Both the position numbers and the translations under genes were made by a program. This document shows positions 31,009 to 41,065 of a stretch of DNA of 64,000 nucleotides, in pieces. The notes under the pieces are model-generated. The model saw only the letters and a list, made by a program, of their open reading frames with translations, was not told where the DNA came from and made no database searches. Origin of the DNA: an uncultured candidate division Zixibacteria bacterium (GTDB taxonomy: Bacteria > Zixibacteria > MSB-5A5 > GN15 > PGXB01); NCBI GenBank assembly GCA_963702205.1, contig OY969724.1, forward strand, positions 2,816,001 to 2,880,000. Reading direction: 5' to 3'. Positions within the stretch are counted from its first letter, which is position 1. Each line of letters opens with the position of its first letter.

Positions 31009-32365
31009 CTATTTTTTCTTGCCGCGCGACCGGGGCTTGCTCTCGGTCACTTTTACGCGGGAGGTAAGGACATCGACCAGGTCGGGCTTGCCGATTTCCT
31101 GCAGATCATAGTACACCCGAACCGACGGCTTTTTTATCTTGATGACACGGGTCAGGTCGATCGGCGTGGCCACGATAACCGTATCGCATTTGACTTTTTC
31201 TATCGTGTTTTCCAGGTCTTTCAATTGCTTTCCGAAATATCCCATGGCCGGAAGCAACGAACCGATGTCCGGATATTTCCTGAACGTATCGCTGATCGTC
31301 CCGACCGTGTACGGACGCGGGTCGATGACCTCAGCGGCTCCGAATTTGGCGGCGGCCATCATGCCCGCACCGTATTCCATCTCACCGTGGGTGGTGGTGG
31401 GACCGTCTTCGATCACCAGCACCTTTTTGCCTTCGATCAATTCCGGCTTGGCGACACTGATCGGGGAAGCGCAGTCCACCACAACGGCCTCAGGATTATA
31501 GGCGCGGATATTGTTGCGCAGCTGCACCACGCCGTCGGGCAAAGCCGTATCGATCTTGTTGATCACGATCACGTCGGCCAGCATGAAATTGTTCTGCCCG
31601 GGGAAATATTCCAGTTCGTGACCGGCCCGGTGCGGATCGACCACGGTAATCATGAGATCGGGTTTGTAGAACGGCATATCGTTGTTGCCACCGTCCCAGA
31701 GCACGACGTCGGCTTCTTTTTCCGCCTCGCGAATAATCATCTCATAATCGACACCGGCATAAACCACGCAGCCGCGATCGATATGCGGTTCGTACTCTTC
31801 CCGTTCTTCGATAGTACATTTATGCTTGTTCAGGTCGGCGTACGTCGCGAAACGCTGGCAGGCCTGTTTGGTCAGGTCACCGTACGGCATGGGGTGCCTG
31901 ATCACGACAACTTTCAGCCCCATGCTTTTTAAAATCTCCGCCACGCGACGGGTCGTCTGCGATTTGCCGCAACCGGTCCGGATAGCGCACACCGCCACGA
32001 CCGGTTTCTTCGATTCGATCATGGTCGGCGCGGCGCCTTCGAGTGCGAACCGGGCGCCGCTGGCGGTGACGTAAGCCGCCTTGTCCATGACGTACTTGGT
32101 ACGATACATCCGAATATGAAAAGATAACTTCGTCGATTCTATGCTTTTGTATCAGTTTCAGCAGGTCGGCTTCGGCTTCGATCGGAATTCCTTTGGGGTA
32201 CAATTTCCCGGCCAGCTTGGCGGGGTATTTCCGCCCATCGATTTGCGGAATCTGTGTCGCCGTAAAGGCCACGACTTCGACGTCCTGATTGTCGCGATAG
32301 AGAGTATTGAAATTGTGGAAGTCTCTTCCGGCGGCACCCATGATGATGATTTTCTTTTTAGCCAT
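31009..32365 (-). CDS. arcE: cPGS-like P-loop NTPase, probable arginine synthetase ArcE; apparent +1 frameshift at about 32098
   Basis: GAAGRDFHNFN..AFTATQIP N-terminus, RTGCGKSQ P-loop, RHPMPYGDL, TIEEREEYE and WDGGNND. Two ORFs (31877-32365, 31009-32109) join into 451 aa on removing one base. Adjacent to arcC. Confidence 0.72.
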
Positions 32366-32399
32366 TTATTCTTCTCCGTTACCGTTAAGTAGTTTCTGT

Positions 32400-33896
32400 T
32401 TAGTTGTTGTCGATCTGCGCCCTTTGGATAGTCCCGGAAAAGTCGATGTAAATCGATTTCCATTCCGAAAAGACGTCGAGCCCGGCGATACCGGCTTCGC
32501 GGTGACCGTTACCGGTGTCCTTGACCCCTCCGAACGGCAGATGCACTTCGGCGCCGATAGTCGGAGCATTGACGTAAAAGATTCCGGTGTAAACGTCCCG
32601 CATGGCCGTGAAAGCCCGATTGACGTCCTGTGTATATATCGAAGCCGAGAGGCCGTAGGCCGTATCGTTGCAAAGATCGATGCCTTCTTCAAGAGAGGTG
32701 CATTCCGTGATGCTCGTCACCGAGCCGAATATTTCTTCGCGGAAAATGCGCATGTCACGGGTCACGCCGCCAAATATGGTCGGCATGGTGAACCAACCTT
32801 TGTCGTACGCACCACCGGTCAGGCGTTCGCCGCCGCACAGCAGTTTGGCCTTATCCTGGTTCCTGCCGATTTCCATGTATTGCAGCACCGAATTCATCTG
32901 GCCTTCGTTGATGGCCGGCCCCATATCGACCGATTCATCGAGACCGTCGCCGACCTTGAGCGCTTTCGCCCGGGCCACGAATTTCTCGGTGAATTCCTTG
33001 ATGACGTCTTTGTGTACTATCATCCGCGACGACGCCGTGCACCGCTGACCGGTCGTGCCGAAAGCACCCCAGATGGCCCCATCGACGGCCAGGTCGATTT
33101 TGGCATCGTCCATGATCAGGATGCAGTTCTTGCCGCCCATTTCGAGATGGCAGTGTTTAAAATCGGTCGCACAGGCTTCGCTGATGCGTCGGCCCACTTC
33201 GGTCGAACCGGTGAATGAAATACAGCTCACGTCCTTGTGCCTCATCAACGGTTCGCCGACGGCACCGCCCGAACCGGTCACGATATTGACCACGCCCGCG
33301 GGCAGACCTTCTTCTTCGAATATCTTGATATAGTTGTACACCGACAGCGGCGTATCGGTCGCGGGCTTGATGACGATCGTATTACCCAGCACCAGCGCCG
33401 GCATCATCTTCCACGACGGTATCGCCATCGGGAAATTCCAGGGCGTGATCAATCCGCACACACCCAGAGGCTGCCGGACGCACATGTTGAATTTATTGGT
33501 CAACTCCGACGGCGTCGTGTAACCGAGCTGACGGCGGCCTTCACCGGCCATGTAGTACCCCAGGTCGATTGCTTCCTGCACGTCGCCGCGCGTTTCCTTG
33601 ATGACTTTGCCCATCTCACGGGTCATGTCTCGCGAGCAACGTTCCTTTTCTTTGACCAGTCGGTCGGTGATGCGCATGATCATTTCGGCTCTCTTAGGTG
33701 CAGGAACGAGACGCCACTTTTTGTACGCCTGCCTGGCGGCAGCGACGGCATCATTGACGTCGTCTTTGTTCGATTTCTGGAAGATGCCAATCACTTCATC
33801 TTTATTGGCGGGGTTGCGGTTTTCGAATGTCTGTCCGGACTTGCTTTTCACCCATTCCCCGTTAATGAAATTTTTGTATTCAGTCACGTTCGACAT
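32400..33896 (-). CDS. NAD(P)-dependent aldehyde dehydrogenase
   Basis: [33 protein letters not shown] and PFGG motifs. Confidence 0.93.
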   Translation of the reverse strand: MSNVTEYKNFINGEWVKSKSGQTFENRNPANKDEVIGIFQKSNKDDVNDAVAAARQAYKKWRLVPAPKRAEMIMRITDRLVKEKERCSRDMTREMGKVIKETRGDVQEAIDLGYYMAGEGRRQLGYTTPSELTNKFNMCVRQPLGVCGLITPWNFPMAIPSWKMMPALVLGNTIVIKPATDTPLSVYNYIKIFEEEGLPAGVVNIVTGSGGAVGEPLMRHKDVSCISFTGSTEVGRRISEACATDFKHCHLEMGGKNCILIMDDAKIDLAVDGAIWGAFGTTGQRCTASSRMIVHKDVIKEFTEKFVARAKALKVGDGLDESVDMGPAINEGQMNSVLQYMEIGRNQDKAKLLCGGERLTGGAYDKGWFTMPTIFGGVTRDMRIFREEIFGSVTSITECTSLEEGIDLCNDTAYGLSASIYTQDVNRAFTAMRDVYTGIFYVNAPTIGAEVHLPFGGVKDTGNGHREAGIAGLDVFSEWKSIYIDFSGTIQRAQIDNN

Positions 33897-33952
33897 ATGA
33901 TCTCCGAAAATTTATTTTTTTTAAGATATTTCCTTCTTTTTTCCACCTTTTA

Positions 33953-33970
33953 TTGTGAAATTATTCACAG
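33953..33970. promoter_or_regulatory. Rex (or CRP-family) operator palindrome upstream of the ALDH-arcE-arcC...icd operon
   Basis: TTGTGAA-ATTA-TTCACAG, 13 of 14 arm positions matching TTGTGAA-N4-TTCACAA; it also contains TGTGA-N6-TCACA. Confidence 0.65.
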
Positions 33971-33991
33971 TATGGGGCCAACAAGATTCCT

Positions 33992-34019
33992 AATATATCC
34001 ATTAAAAAATAATTGTCAA
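33992..34019 (-). promoter_or_regulatory. Sigma70-type promoter of the ALDH operon
   Basis: TTGACA-16 nt-TATATT. Confidence 0.6.
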
Positions 34020-34058
34020 TTCATTTTGGCTAAATGACTTGGTCCCCGGCAAGCACAG

Positions 34059-34092
34059 AAAAACCGGCCCTCGATTGCGGGGGCCGGTTTTT
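34059..34092 (-). terminator. Rho-independent terminator after frr
   Basis: AAAAACCGGCCC..GGGCCGGTTTTT. Confidence 0.8.
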
Positions 34093-34115
34093 GGAAAATT
34101 ATATATTGCGGAGGA

Positions 34116-34673
34116 TCAGACTTCCATGATTTCGGCCTCTTTGGTCTCCATCATTTGATCGATTTTAGTCACGAATTTGTCGGTCAGTTCCTGGACCTTT
34201 TCTTCGGCCCGTTTGCGTTCATCCTCCGAAATATCTTTGTCTTTTTCGGACTTTTTGAGCATTTCATTGGCGTCGCGGCGGATATTGCGGATCGCCACTT
34301 TGCCCTCTTCGGAGCCTTTTTTACACTGTTTGACCAGTTCCCGGCGGCGCTCTTCGTTGAGAGGCGGGATCGGCAGCCGGATAATATTGCCGTCGACCTG
34401 CGGATTCAATCCCAGGTCGGCCACTTGAATGGCCCGCGCCACTTCGCCGACCGCCGTCTTGTCCCAGCACTGCACTACCATAAGGCGCGCTTCGGGGACA
34501 GACACGGACGCTAACTGATTGAGCGGCATAAAAGTGCCGTGATAATCCACGCGGACACCGTCCAGCAGCGACGGCGTCGCTTTGCCTGAACGAATTGAAC
34601 CAAAGCCTTTTTTAATCGTGTCCAGGCTTTTATTCATTCTGTCTTCGGTATCGGCAAGAATTTCATTTGTCAT
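34116..34673 (-). CDS. frr: Ribosome recycling factor
   Basis: IRSGKA, GLNP, PPLNEERR and IRNIRRD motifs. Confidence 0.96.
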   Translation of the reverse strand: MTNEILADTEDRMNKSLDTIKKGFGSIRSGKATPSLLDGVRVDYHGTFMPLNQLASVSVPEARLMVVQCWDKTAVGEVARAIQVADLGLNPQVDGNIIRLPIPPLNEERRRELVKQCKKGSEEGKVAIRNIRRDANEMLKKSEKDKDISEDERKRAEEKVQELTDKFVTKIDQMMETKEAEIMEV

Positions 34674-34708
34674 CGGATAACTCCTTTGACCTTAAGAATT
34701 TTTAGAAT

Positions 34709-35431
34709 CTACGATATTATTGTGCCGACCTGTTCGCCCATGACAATCTTTTTCAGATTCCCTGATTTTCTCATGTTAAACACTATGATCGGCAATTTAT
34801 TATCTTTACACATCGTTATGGCTGTAAGATCCATAAATCCGAGTTCCTTTTGCACTACTTCCATATAGCACAGTTTTTCGTAAAACGTAGCTTTGTTGTT
34901 TTTATTGGGGTCCTCCGAAAAAACACCCTCGACCTTGGTCCCTTTTATAAGAATATCGGCGCCGATTTCACTGGCCCTCAAAGCCGCCGCTGAATCGGTC
35001 GTAAAATACGGATTGCCCGTCCCGGCGGCGAAAACCACAATGCGGCCCTTTTCGAGGTGGCGTATGGCCCGGCGGCGAATATACGGCTCCGCAAACGATT
35101 CAATATTGATCGCCGACATTACGCGGCAGAAGGCTCCCAGACCTTCAAGACAGTCCATGATGGCCAAAGCGTTGATTATCGTGGCCATCATACCCATATT
35201 GTCGGCCACGACCCGATCCATGCCCTGCTCGGCGGCTTCGAGGCCCCGGAAAATATTCCCGCCACCCACAACAATGCCGACCTGAAGGCCGGCATCACTG
35301 ACTTCTTTAATCTGGCTGCAAATGGAATTGATGGTACCGGTATCGATACCGAACGATTTGGAACCCATCAACGCTTCACCGGAAAGCTTGAGCAAAATCC
35401 GGCGGTATTTTAATTGTGGGTCACCGTCCAT
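34709..35431 (-). CDS. pyrH: UMP kinase
   Basis: [17 protein letters not shown] and [10 protein letters not shown] motifs. Confidence 0.96.
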   Translation of the reverse strand: MDGDPQLKYRRILLKLSGEALMGSKSFGIDTGTINSICSQIKEVSDAGLQVGIVVGGGNIFRGLEAAEQGMDRVVADNMGMMATIINALAIMDCLEGLGAFCRVMSAINIESFAEPYIRRRAIRHLEKGRIVVFAAGTGNPYFTTDSAAALRASEIGADILIKGTKVEGVFSEDPNKNNKATFYEKLCYMEVVQKELGFMDLTAITMCKDNKLPIIVFNMRKSGNLKKIVMGEQVGTIIS

Positions 35432-36027
35432 TATTCTTCACCCAGTCTGAACCTGGCGAAACGCCTGACAATTATATTCTCACCGAGTTTGGATATGATT
35501 TCTTTGACGTATTCATCCATCGTCTTGTCGGCATCCTTTACGAACGCTTGTTCCAGAAGACAGGTTTCGGCGAAATACTTTTCGAGACGCCCTTCGACGA
35601 TTTTATCGAGTATTTTTTCCGGCTTGCCGTCGTTGATCGCCTGATTGCGGAAAATCTCCTTTTCCTTTTTGATTGTCGCCGAATCTATTTGATCGCGGCT
35701 GATCGCGACCGGATTAGCCGCCGCCACCTGCATCGCCAGGTCTTTGGCGAAATTCTGAAAATCGTCGGTGCGGGCGACAAAATCCGTCTCGCAGTCTATC
35801 TCGATCAAAACACCTAGCTTGGAGCCGGGGTGAATGTATGACGTAATGATGCCTTCTTTGGCTTCGCGCCCGGCTTTCGATGAAGCTTTGGCGATACCCT
35901 TCTCTCTTAAATATGTGACGGCCTTCTCAAAATCACCATCGGATTCGGTCAGGGCCTTTTTACAGTCCATCATCCCGGCGTTGGTTTTTTCGCGAAGCTC
36001 TTTTACCATTTTGGCGGTTATTTCCAT
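35431..36027 (-). CDS. tsf: Elongation factor Ts (short form)
   Basis: [19 protein letters not shown] and CETDFVA motifs. Confidence 0.96.
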   Translation of the reverse strand: MEITAKMVKELREKTNAGMMDCKKALTESDGDFEKAVTYLREKGIAKASSKAGREAKEGIITSYIHPGSKLGVLIEIDCETDFVARTDDFQNFAKDLAMQVAAANPVAISRDQIDSATIKKEKEIFRNQAINDGKPEKILDKIVEGRLEKYFAETCLLEQAFVKDADKTMDEYVKEIISKLGENIIVRRFARFRLGEE

Positions 36028-36053
36028 CGGTCTTATTCCTTACTATGCTGACT

Positions 36054-36833
36054 TTATGCTTTAGTTTTATCGTCCCCACTCTGATCGGTATACACCTGAA
36101 AACGATCCGACGTATCATTCTCATTTTCAGGCGCAAGCTCTCCCGCCGAAATCTGGTTTTTCGTTTCAATCGCCGAATCGACCAGAGTCCGGGCGATAAT
36201 GCGAATCGACTTGATAGCGTCATCATTGGCCGCAATCGGGAAATCAATCGGGTCGGGGTCGGCGTTGGTATCGACAATCGCTATAATCGGAATGCCCAGT
36301 TTGGAGGCTTCGGCCACCGCGATCTTTTCTTTCTTGGCGTCGACTACAAAAACCAGGCCCGGCAGATAGTTCATCTCTTTAATACCACCGAGGACGTTGG
36401 TCAGTTTTTCGATCTGGTTGTCGAACTGGGAGCGCTCTTTTTTCGTAAACTTTTCAAGGTCGCCCTCTTCGCGCATGCGCTCCATGTCTTTGAGTTTCTT
36501 GATCGAATTCTTGATAGTTGAGAAGTTGGTCAGCATGCCGCCGAGCCACCGCTCCGTGACAAAAAACTGACCGGCACGAAGCGCTTCTTCCTGAATGACA
36601 CCCTTGGCCTGTTTCTTGGTGCCGACAAACAAAATCGACTGTCCGCGAGAAACGATTTCGCGAACCTTCTGGCTGGCGACATTTATCGCGTCGAGGGTTT
36701 TGTTAAGATCGATAATGTAAATGCCATTGCGTTCGGTGAAGATGAACGGCTTCATTTTGGGATTCCAGCGCCGGGTCTGATGACCGAAATGAACGCCGGC
36801 CTGCAATAATTCCTGAATTTTGGGTGAGACCAT
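36054..36833 (-). CDS. rpsB: 30S ribosomal protein S2
   Basis: AGVHFGHQT, RWLGGMLTN and DTNADP motifs. Confidence 0.97.
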   Translation of the reverse strand: MVSPKIQELLQAGVHFGHQTRRWNPKMKPFIFTERNGIYIIDLNKTLDAINVASQKVREIVSRGQSILFVGTKKQAKGVIQEEALRAGQFFVTERWLGGMLTNFSTIKNSIKKLKDMERMREEGDLEKFTKKERSQFDNQIEKLTNVLGGIKEMNYLPGLVFVVDAKKEKIAVAEASKLGIPIIAIVDTNADPDPIDFPIAANDDAIKSIRIIARTLVDSAIETKNQISAGELAPENENDTSDRFQVYTDQSGDDKTKA

Positions 36834-36930
36834 AAAAGGACCTTTCTTTGGTTTTTAATCTTCCTTTTCGCCCTTGAGCCCGGAACCCGTCGATGGGGAC
36901 CACCGGGCTTGCGGCAAAAAGTGTTTATTT
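36834..36930 (-). ncRNA. rpsB 5' leader (t44/S2-leader-like structured RNA)
   Basis: GC-rich stem AGCCCGG..CCGGGCT in the rpsI-rpsB spacer, at the position expected for the S2 autoregulatory leader. Confidence 0.5.
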
Positions 36931-36953
36931 CCGGAATAACCGGATAATTTTCT

Positions 36954-37346
36954 TTAACGTTTCGAGAACTGGAACCGTTTGCGTGCTTTAGGCTGACCGT
37001 ACTTCTTACGCTCCACGCAACGCGGATCGCGGGTCAGAAGACCCTGCTTACGCAAAGTCGGTCGCAAATCGGGGTCCAGCTTCGCCAGGGCGCGCGAAAC
37101 GCCCAGCCTGACCGCTCCGGCCTGGCCGGATAATCCCCCGCCTTTGACCTGGACGAGGATGTCAAGCTTGCCTTCGGTATCGGTCGAAATCATCGGCAAA
37201 TTGATCTGATCGACCAAAACGTCCCGTTTGAGATAATCTTTGGGAGATTTGTTATTGATCAGAAACGAACCGCCGCCAACCCGAATCGAAACACGCGCAA
37301 CTGCGTCTTTTCTGCGCCCGGTTGCTGAAAATGTGGCTTCTGTCAT
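36954..37346 (-). CDS. rpsI: 30S ribosomal protein S9
   Basis: TGRRK, GGGLSGQAGA and ERKKYG..FQFSKR motifs. Confidence 0.97.
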   Translation of the reverse strand: MTEATFSATGRRKDAVARVSIRVGGGSFLINNKSPKDYLKRDVLVDQINLPMISTDTEGKLDILVQVKGGGLSGQAGAVRLGVSRALAKLDPDLRPTLRKQGLLTRDPRCVERKKYGQPKARKRFQFSKR

Positions 37347-37364
37347 TTAAAATCTATCTTATGG

Positions 37365-37800
37365 TTACTTTATTAATTTCCAAACTTCCGGCTGTTGCGC
37401 CTGGTGCGGGTGCTGGCCTTCGGCATAAACGTGCAATTTCTTGAACATCTTGCGGCCCAGCCGATTTTTGGGAAGCATCCCCTTGACGGCGTGCTCGAAT
37501 ATAAAGGCCGGGTTGGTGTTAATCATTTTTTCGTACGTTCTGATTTTAAGGCCGCCCGGATAACCGGAGTACCGAATAGTACTTCATGTAGTTGGCCTTG
37601 TTGCCGGTAACCCTCACCTTAGAAGCATTGACAGCGATGACGTTATCGCCGGTGTCCAGATGCGGCGTGAAAATGGGTTTGTTCTTGCCGCGAAGTATAT
37701 CCGCCACTTCGCAGGCCGCCCGACCGAGCACGGCGCCGTCGAGATCGACCAATAACCATTTGCGATCTTTGCTGTCAACCTTAGGTATAAATGTTTTCAT
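37365..37800 (-). CDS. rplM: 50S ribosomal protein L13; apparent +1 frameshift at 37575/37576
   Basis: N-half ([21 protein letters not shown]) and C-half ([31 protein letters not shown]) join into 144 aa on removing one base. Confidence 0.93.
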
Positions 37801-37861
37801 CTTTCCCCCGGAAAAATCCGGTTAAATTAAATATACTCGTCCCTCGTTCACAGAGCCGATA

Positions 37862-37889
37862 AATATAGTCAAATGACGAATGCTGTCAA
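37862..37889 (-). promoter_or_regulatory. Sigma70-type promoter of rplM-rpsI
   Basis: TTGACA-16 nt-TATATT. Confidence 0.6.
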
Positions 37890-37992
37890 GTCTTTTTAAC
37901 GGCCAAACTCCTTGATTATTTTAATTTGGCCCATTTTTTTCGTTTTTGACAAGTTGCGCGCAAATACGCGGTTTCCGGGATGAGGTCTCGGT

Positions 37993-38577
37993 TCAATTAT
38001 GATGGGTCTTGGATATGGCCAGCTTTAGCTTATACTTCGGGTCAAAATGCCGTCCCTTGGTGCAAATCCCGCACGAGGCCATCTGCAATCGTTTCCTTCT
38101 CGGATATTCCCGCCCGCAGACCGGGCACACATAAAGATATTTATAATTGCTCCTCAGCAGCGGGTGCGACTTCGCTTTCAGCGAGGCGCCGAGTTTAAAT
38201 GCCCACGCCTTGAAATTCCGGTCATGATTGGGATATAAAATATGAATCATCTCGTGTTTGAGCGTGTCTTCGACTTCCTCGGGGAATATTTCGTGATATT
38301 TCTTGCCTATTTTTATGATCCGGCGCGACGGCGTATACGATCCCGCGATCAGCATGCGTTCCGAATATTCGATTTTCGTCACAGGCAGACGGCCCTCGAA
38401 AAATTCGCCGTTGAATCTGTCGAACATCCGGTACAGATCCGCGACCGGCGGAAGAGTCGGAGGCGACGGCGTGATCGTCGTGATATTATCGGCCCGCCCG
38501 AAAAGGTCGTAATTAACCTTTGCCAGAGCCTTATGCTGCTTTGCAGAAGTTGACATATCTATCTCGCGGTACTCCAA
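37993..38577 (-). CDS. SprT-like zinc metalloprotease
   Basis: FDRFNGEFF, HEMIH (HExxH), H..F and C-terminal CPVC/CGIC zinc ribbon. Confidence 0.85.
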   Translation of the reverse strand: MEYREIDMSTSAKQHKALAKVNYDLFGRADNITTITPSPPTLPPVADLYRMFDRFNGEFFEGRLPVTKIEYSERMLIAGSYTPSRRIIKIGKKYHEIFPEEVEDTLKHEMIHILYPNHDRNFKAWAFKLGASLKAKSHPLLRSNYKYLYVCPVCGREYPRRKRLQMASCGICTKGRHFDPKYKLKLAISKTHHN

Positions 38578-38631
38578 TTAATCCCGATATAATACTGCCC
38601 GTCGGATTAAAAGATCAAATAATTTTTGAAA

Positions 38632-39582
38632 TTATTGGATAACCGGAAGCGGCACTGACACAAACGCGGCTGAAACCACGACCGAGTCCTGCCCTATTGT
38701 TATGCTCCGCGAACGAATTTCGGCGGGGATGTTTTCGGATGCGCGGGTTTTTAATAAGCCCGATAGAATCGGACTGGAATCGGATACGTTCCCGGTGGTG
38801 TCAAAAACGTCTTCAAAACGCATGTTTTTCAATTCAGCCGAGGTATAATCGCAAAGCTGACACAGGCGCTGATTGACATCAAGAATCTTCCCTGCCGGGC
38901 GTTTACGCTTGCCCGACGTAACAATCAACGGACAGTCGGCGTTATCGAATAAGTTTCTATAGCGAACAAACTTATCCTGAAATATCTCCTGCCTGCGGCC
39001 CTGGATGATGATTTCCTGCTGCAATCTCAGGTTAGTGTTTTCCAGTTCAGCCAGACGTCGGTTTTGATCGAGGCACATTTTTTCGTAAGTTTGTCTTACG
39101 GTATTCCGATAGTCCCACTTTCCGGTCAGGAATTGAACCAGATGGCCGATTTCAAAACCGCCGAAAGATTTTCGCAAAACCAAAAACTGGCCGGGGTACG
39201 ATGAAATGGCGGGAGCGCTTATTGACCCATCCGATGTATCGGGGATAAGGGCCACTATTTCCATATCGGGGCAATCCTGCCGGATTCTCGAGATAGCATC
39301 CGAGCTTGAAAGATCCGCCGCACCTGTCTCGCCTACAAACGCGACCGCAAATGGTTTCCCGGACATTTCTGCGTCGATCGCCATACGGACGCCGGTTAAC
39401 CCGTTATCCGTGGAGATGACTAAATATTCTTGGGGTGACGTTTCGTTCGGGTTTGACGCAGATGCATCGTGTTCGATTCGATTTGGATTTTCTTTCAGGA
39501 GATGGGAGATAGTTGCATGCACGGCGGGATCATGGTCGATTACGAGAATCTTTCTGTTGCCCGGATCCGTGGCACGAACCAT
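38632..39582 (-). CDS. Degenerate receiver, coiled coil and PAS domain protein with no output domain
   Basis: ILVIDHDP..PFAVAFVG..PDMEIV..LVLRKSF receiver-like N-terminus; RYRNLFDNA..ILDVNQRLCQLCDYTSAEL PAS domain. Confidence 0.65.
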   Translation of the reverse strand: MVRATDPGNRKILVIDHDPAVHATISHLLKENPNRIEHDASASNPNETSPQEYLVISTDNGLTGVRMAIDAEMSGKPFAVAFVGETGAADLSSSDAISRIRQDCPDMEIVALIPDTSDGSISAPAISSYPGQFLVLRKSFGGFEIGHLVQFLTGKWDYRNTVRQTYEKMCLDQNRRLAELENTNLRLQQEIIIQGRRQEIFQDKFVRYRNLFDNADCPLIVTSGKRKRPAGKILDVNQRLCQLCDYTSAELKNMRFEDVFDTTGNVSDSSPILSGLLKTRASENIPAEIRSRSITIGQDSVVVSAAFVSVPLPVIQ

Positions 39583-39679
39583 AAAGTCTCCTTAGGTTTA
39601 CCCCGGTATAAATATCGGCGATATCAGAATATACTTGATTGTCTATATTGTGCTGCTTGACAACAATCGGGCACGAAAC

Positions 39680-41065
39680 TCAGAAAAACGGTCGCCATTT
39701 TTCTTCGGCAGGTTTTTGGGTTAGCAGGCTGATAATAACCAATAGTCCCACTGAAGCAATCAAGGCCGGGTAAATTGTCGCGATTCCCCACGGTTGTCCC
39801 GAAAATTCCCAGATCAATGTAACCAGCATCCCGGCCGCAATGGACAGCGCTCCCGCAATCGGCGTGGCGCGTTTCCAGAAAAAGGCAGCCATCACCGCCG
39901 GGGTGATGCCGACGCCGTACATCGTATAGGCATAAAGCGCCATCTCCAGTACTTTTGAAAAAAATTGCAGTTGTACGAAAGCGATAATCCCCATGACGAT
40001 CACCAGCACGCGGGAATAAAAAACCACTTTGCGCGGCGGCAAATCCGGATTGAAAAATCGCTGCCAGATGTCGCGCATGATATTGGTCGCCGGGACCAGT
40101 AAAAACGAATCGGCCGTGGAAACGATCACCGCAACTATCGCCGCCAGAAGCAGACAGCCGATGACCGGCGTCAGGCCGTAGCGAACCGAATGTAATATGA
40201 CCATCTCCGAATCAATCCCGGTAAATTGCACGCACCCGATAATCGCCAGTACTACGATAAGGGTTTCAATTATAATCGTTCCGCTGATCCATCCCAGCAC
40301 CGAGCGCTTGGCCGTGGCCGGGTCTTTGGCCGAGAAAAATCGCTGATACATCCCCGCTTCTCCCAATAGCAGGAGCATGGTCGGCAACGCGTACGCGGCG
40401 GCATCGAAAATCGACATATTCCCGAGCGGACTTAATTTCTCGGGCGGCAGAGCGTTGATCACGCCCTCCCATCCCCCGGCGTTTTTCAGCAAAAACGGGA
40501 AAGCGACGAACAATCCGATTATCATGACGACGCCGTTGACGACGTCGGTATAGGCGACCGATATCATCCCGGCCAGGACGGTGTAACCGATCACGAATGC
40601 GGCCGTAATGATTACACCCTGCTCCTGTGAAATACCGGTAACCAGGTTCAGGACCATCCCGCCCGCGCGGAACTGATAGCTGACTATTGCAGTATACGCG
40701 ATAACCGTAACAATCGTCCCCAGAATCCGGGCGTACTTATTGTAGCGCGCTTCGAGTATGTCCGGGACCGTGAACTGCCCGAATTTTCTGGCGCGTCCGG
40801 CGATAAGATACAAAATGACAATAGCGATCCAGACGCCACCGTCAAACCACAGCGCCGGGAAACCTTTTTCGCACGCCAGCCCGGCCCCGGCCACGATCGA
40901 GCCGGAACCGATCCAGGTCGCCAGAAGCGTCCCGACCAGAACTTTGGCCGATAGATTCCGACCGGCCACCATGAAATCTTCCTGTGATTTGACATATTTC
41001 GAGCGGCACGCTCCAACCACGATCAAAATGACGAGATAAATCAATATGCTCCAGAGATATAGCAT
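39680..41065 (-). CDS. Sodium:solute symporter family protein
   Basis: EDFMVAGR, ATWIG, TVPDILEARY, GMISVAYTD, YQRFFSAK and STADS motifs; many TM segments. Confidence 0.92.
   Translation of the reverse strand: MLYLWSILIYLVILIVVGACRSKYVKSQEDFMVAGRNLSAKVLVGTLLATWIGSGSIVAGAGLACEKGFPALWFDGGVWIAIVILYLIAGRARKFGQFTVPDILEARYNKYARILGTIVTVIAYTAIVSYQFRAGGMVLNLVTGISQEQGVIITAAFVIGYTVLAGMISVAYTDVVNGVVMIIGLFVAFPFLLKNAGGWEGVINALPPEKLSPLGNMSIFDAAAYALPTMLLLLGEAGMYQRFFSAKDPATAKRSVLGWISGTIIIETLIVVLAIIGCVQFTGIDSEMVILHSVRYGLTPVIGCLLLAAIVAVIVSTADSFLLVPATNIMRDIWQRFFNPDLPPRKVVFYSRVLVIVMGIIAFVQLQFFSKVLEMALYAYTMYGVGITPAVMAAFFWKRATPIAGALSIAAGMLVTLIWEFSGQPWGIATIYPALIASVGLLVIISLLTQKPAEEKWRPFF

Noticed and set aside
32715..32740. 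ALDH motif EEIFGSV instead of EEIFGPV
   Set aside because: A single C/T difference that could be a basecalling error or a tolerated variant; not interpretable without reads.
10722..37800. infC, rplM and ArcE-like as true pseudogenes
   Set aside because: Each has a single lesion with both halves fully conserved, two are normally essential, and all share the GTAC context, so a sequencing artefact is more parsimonious.
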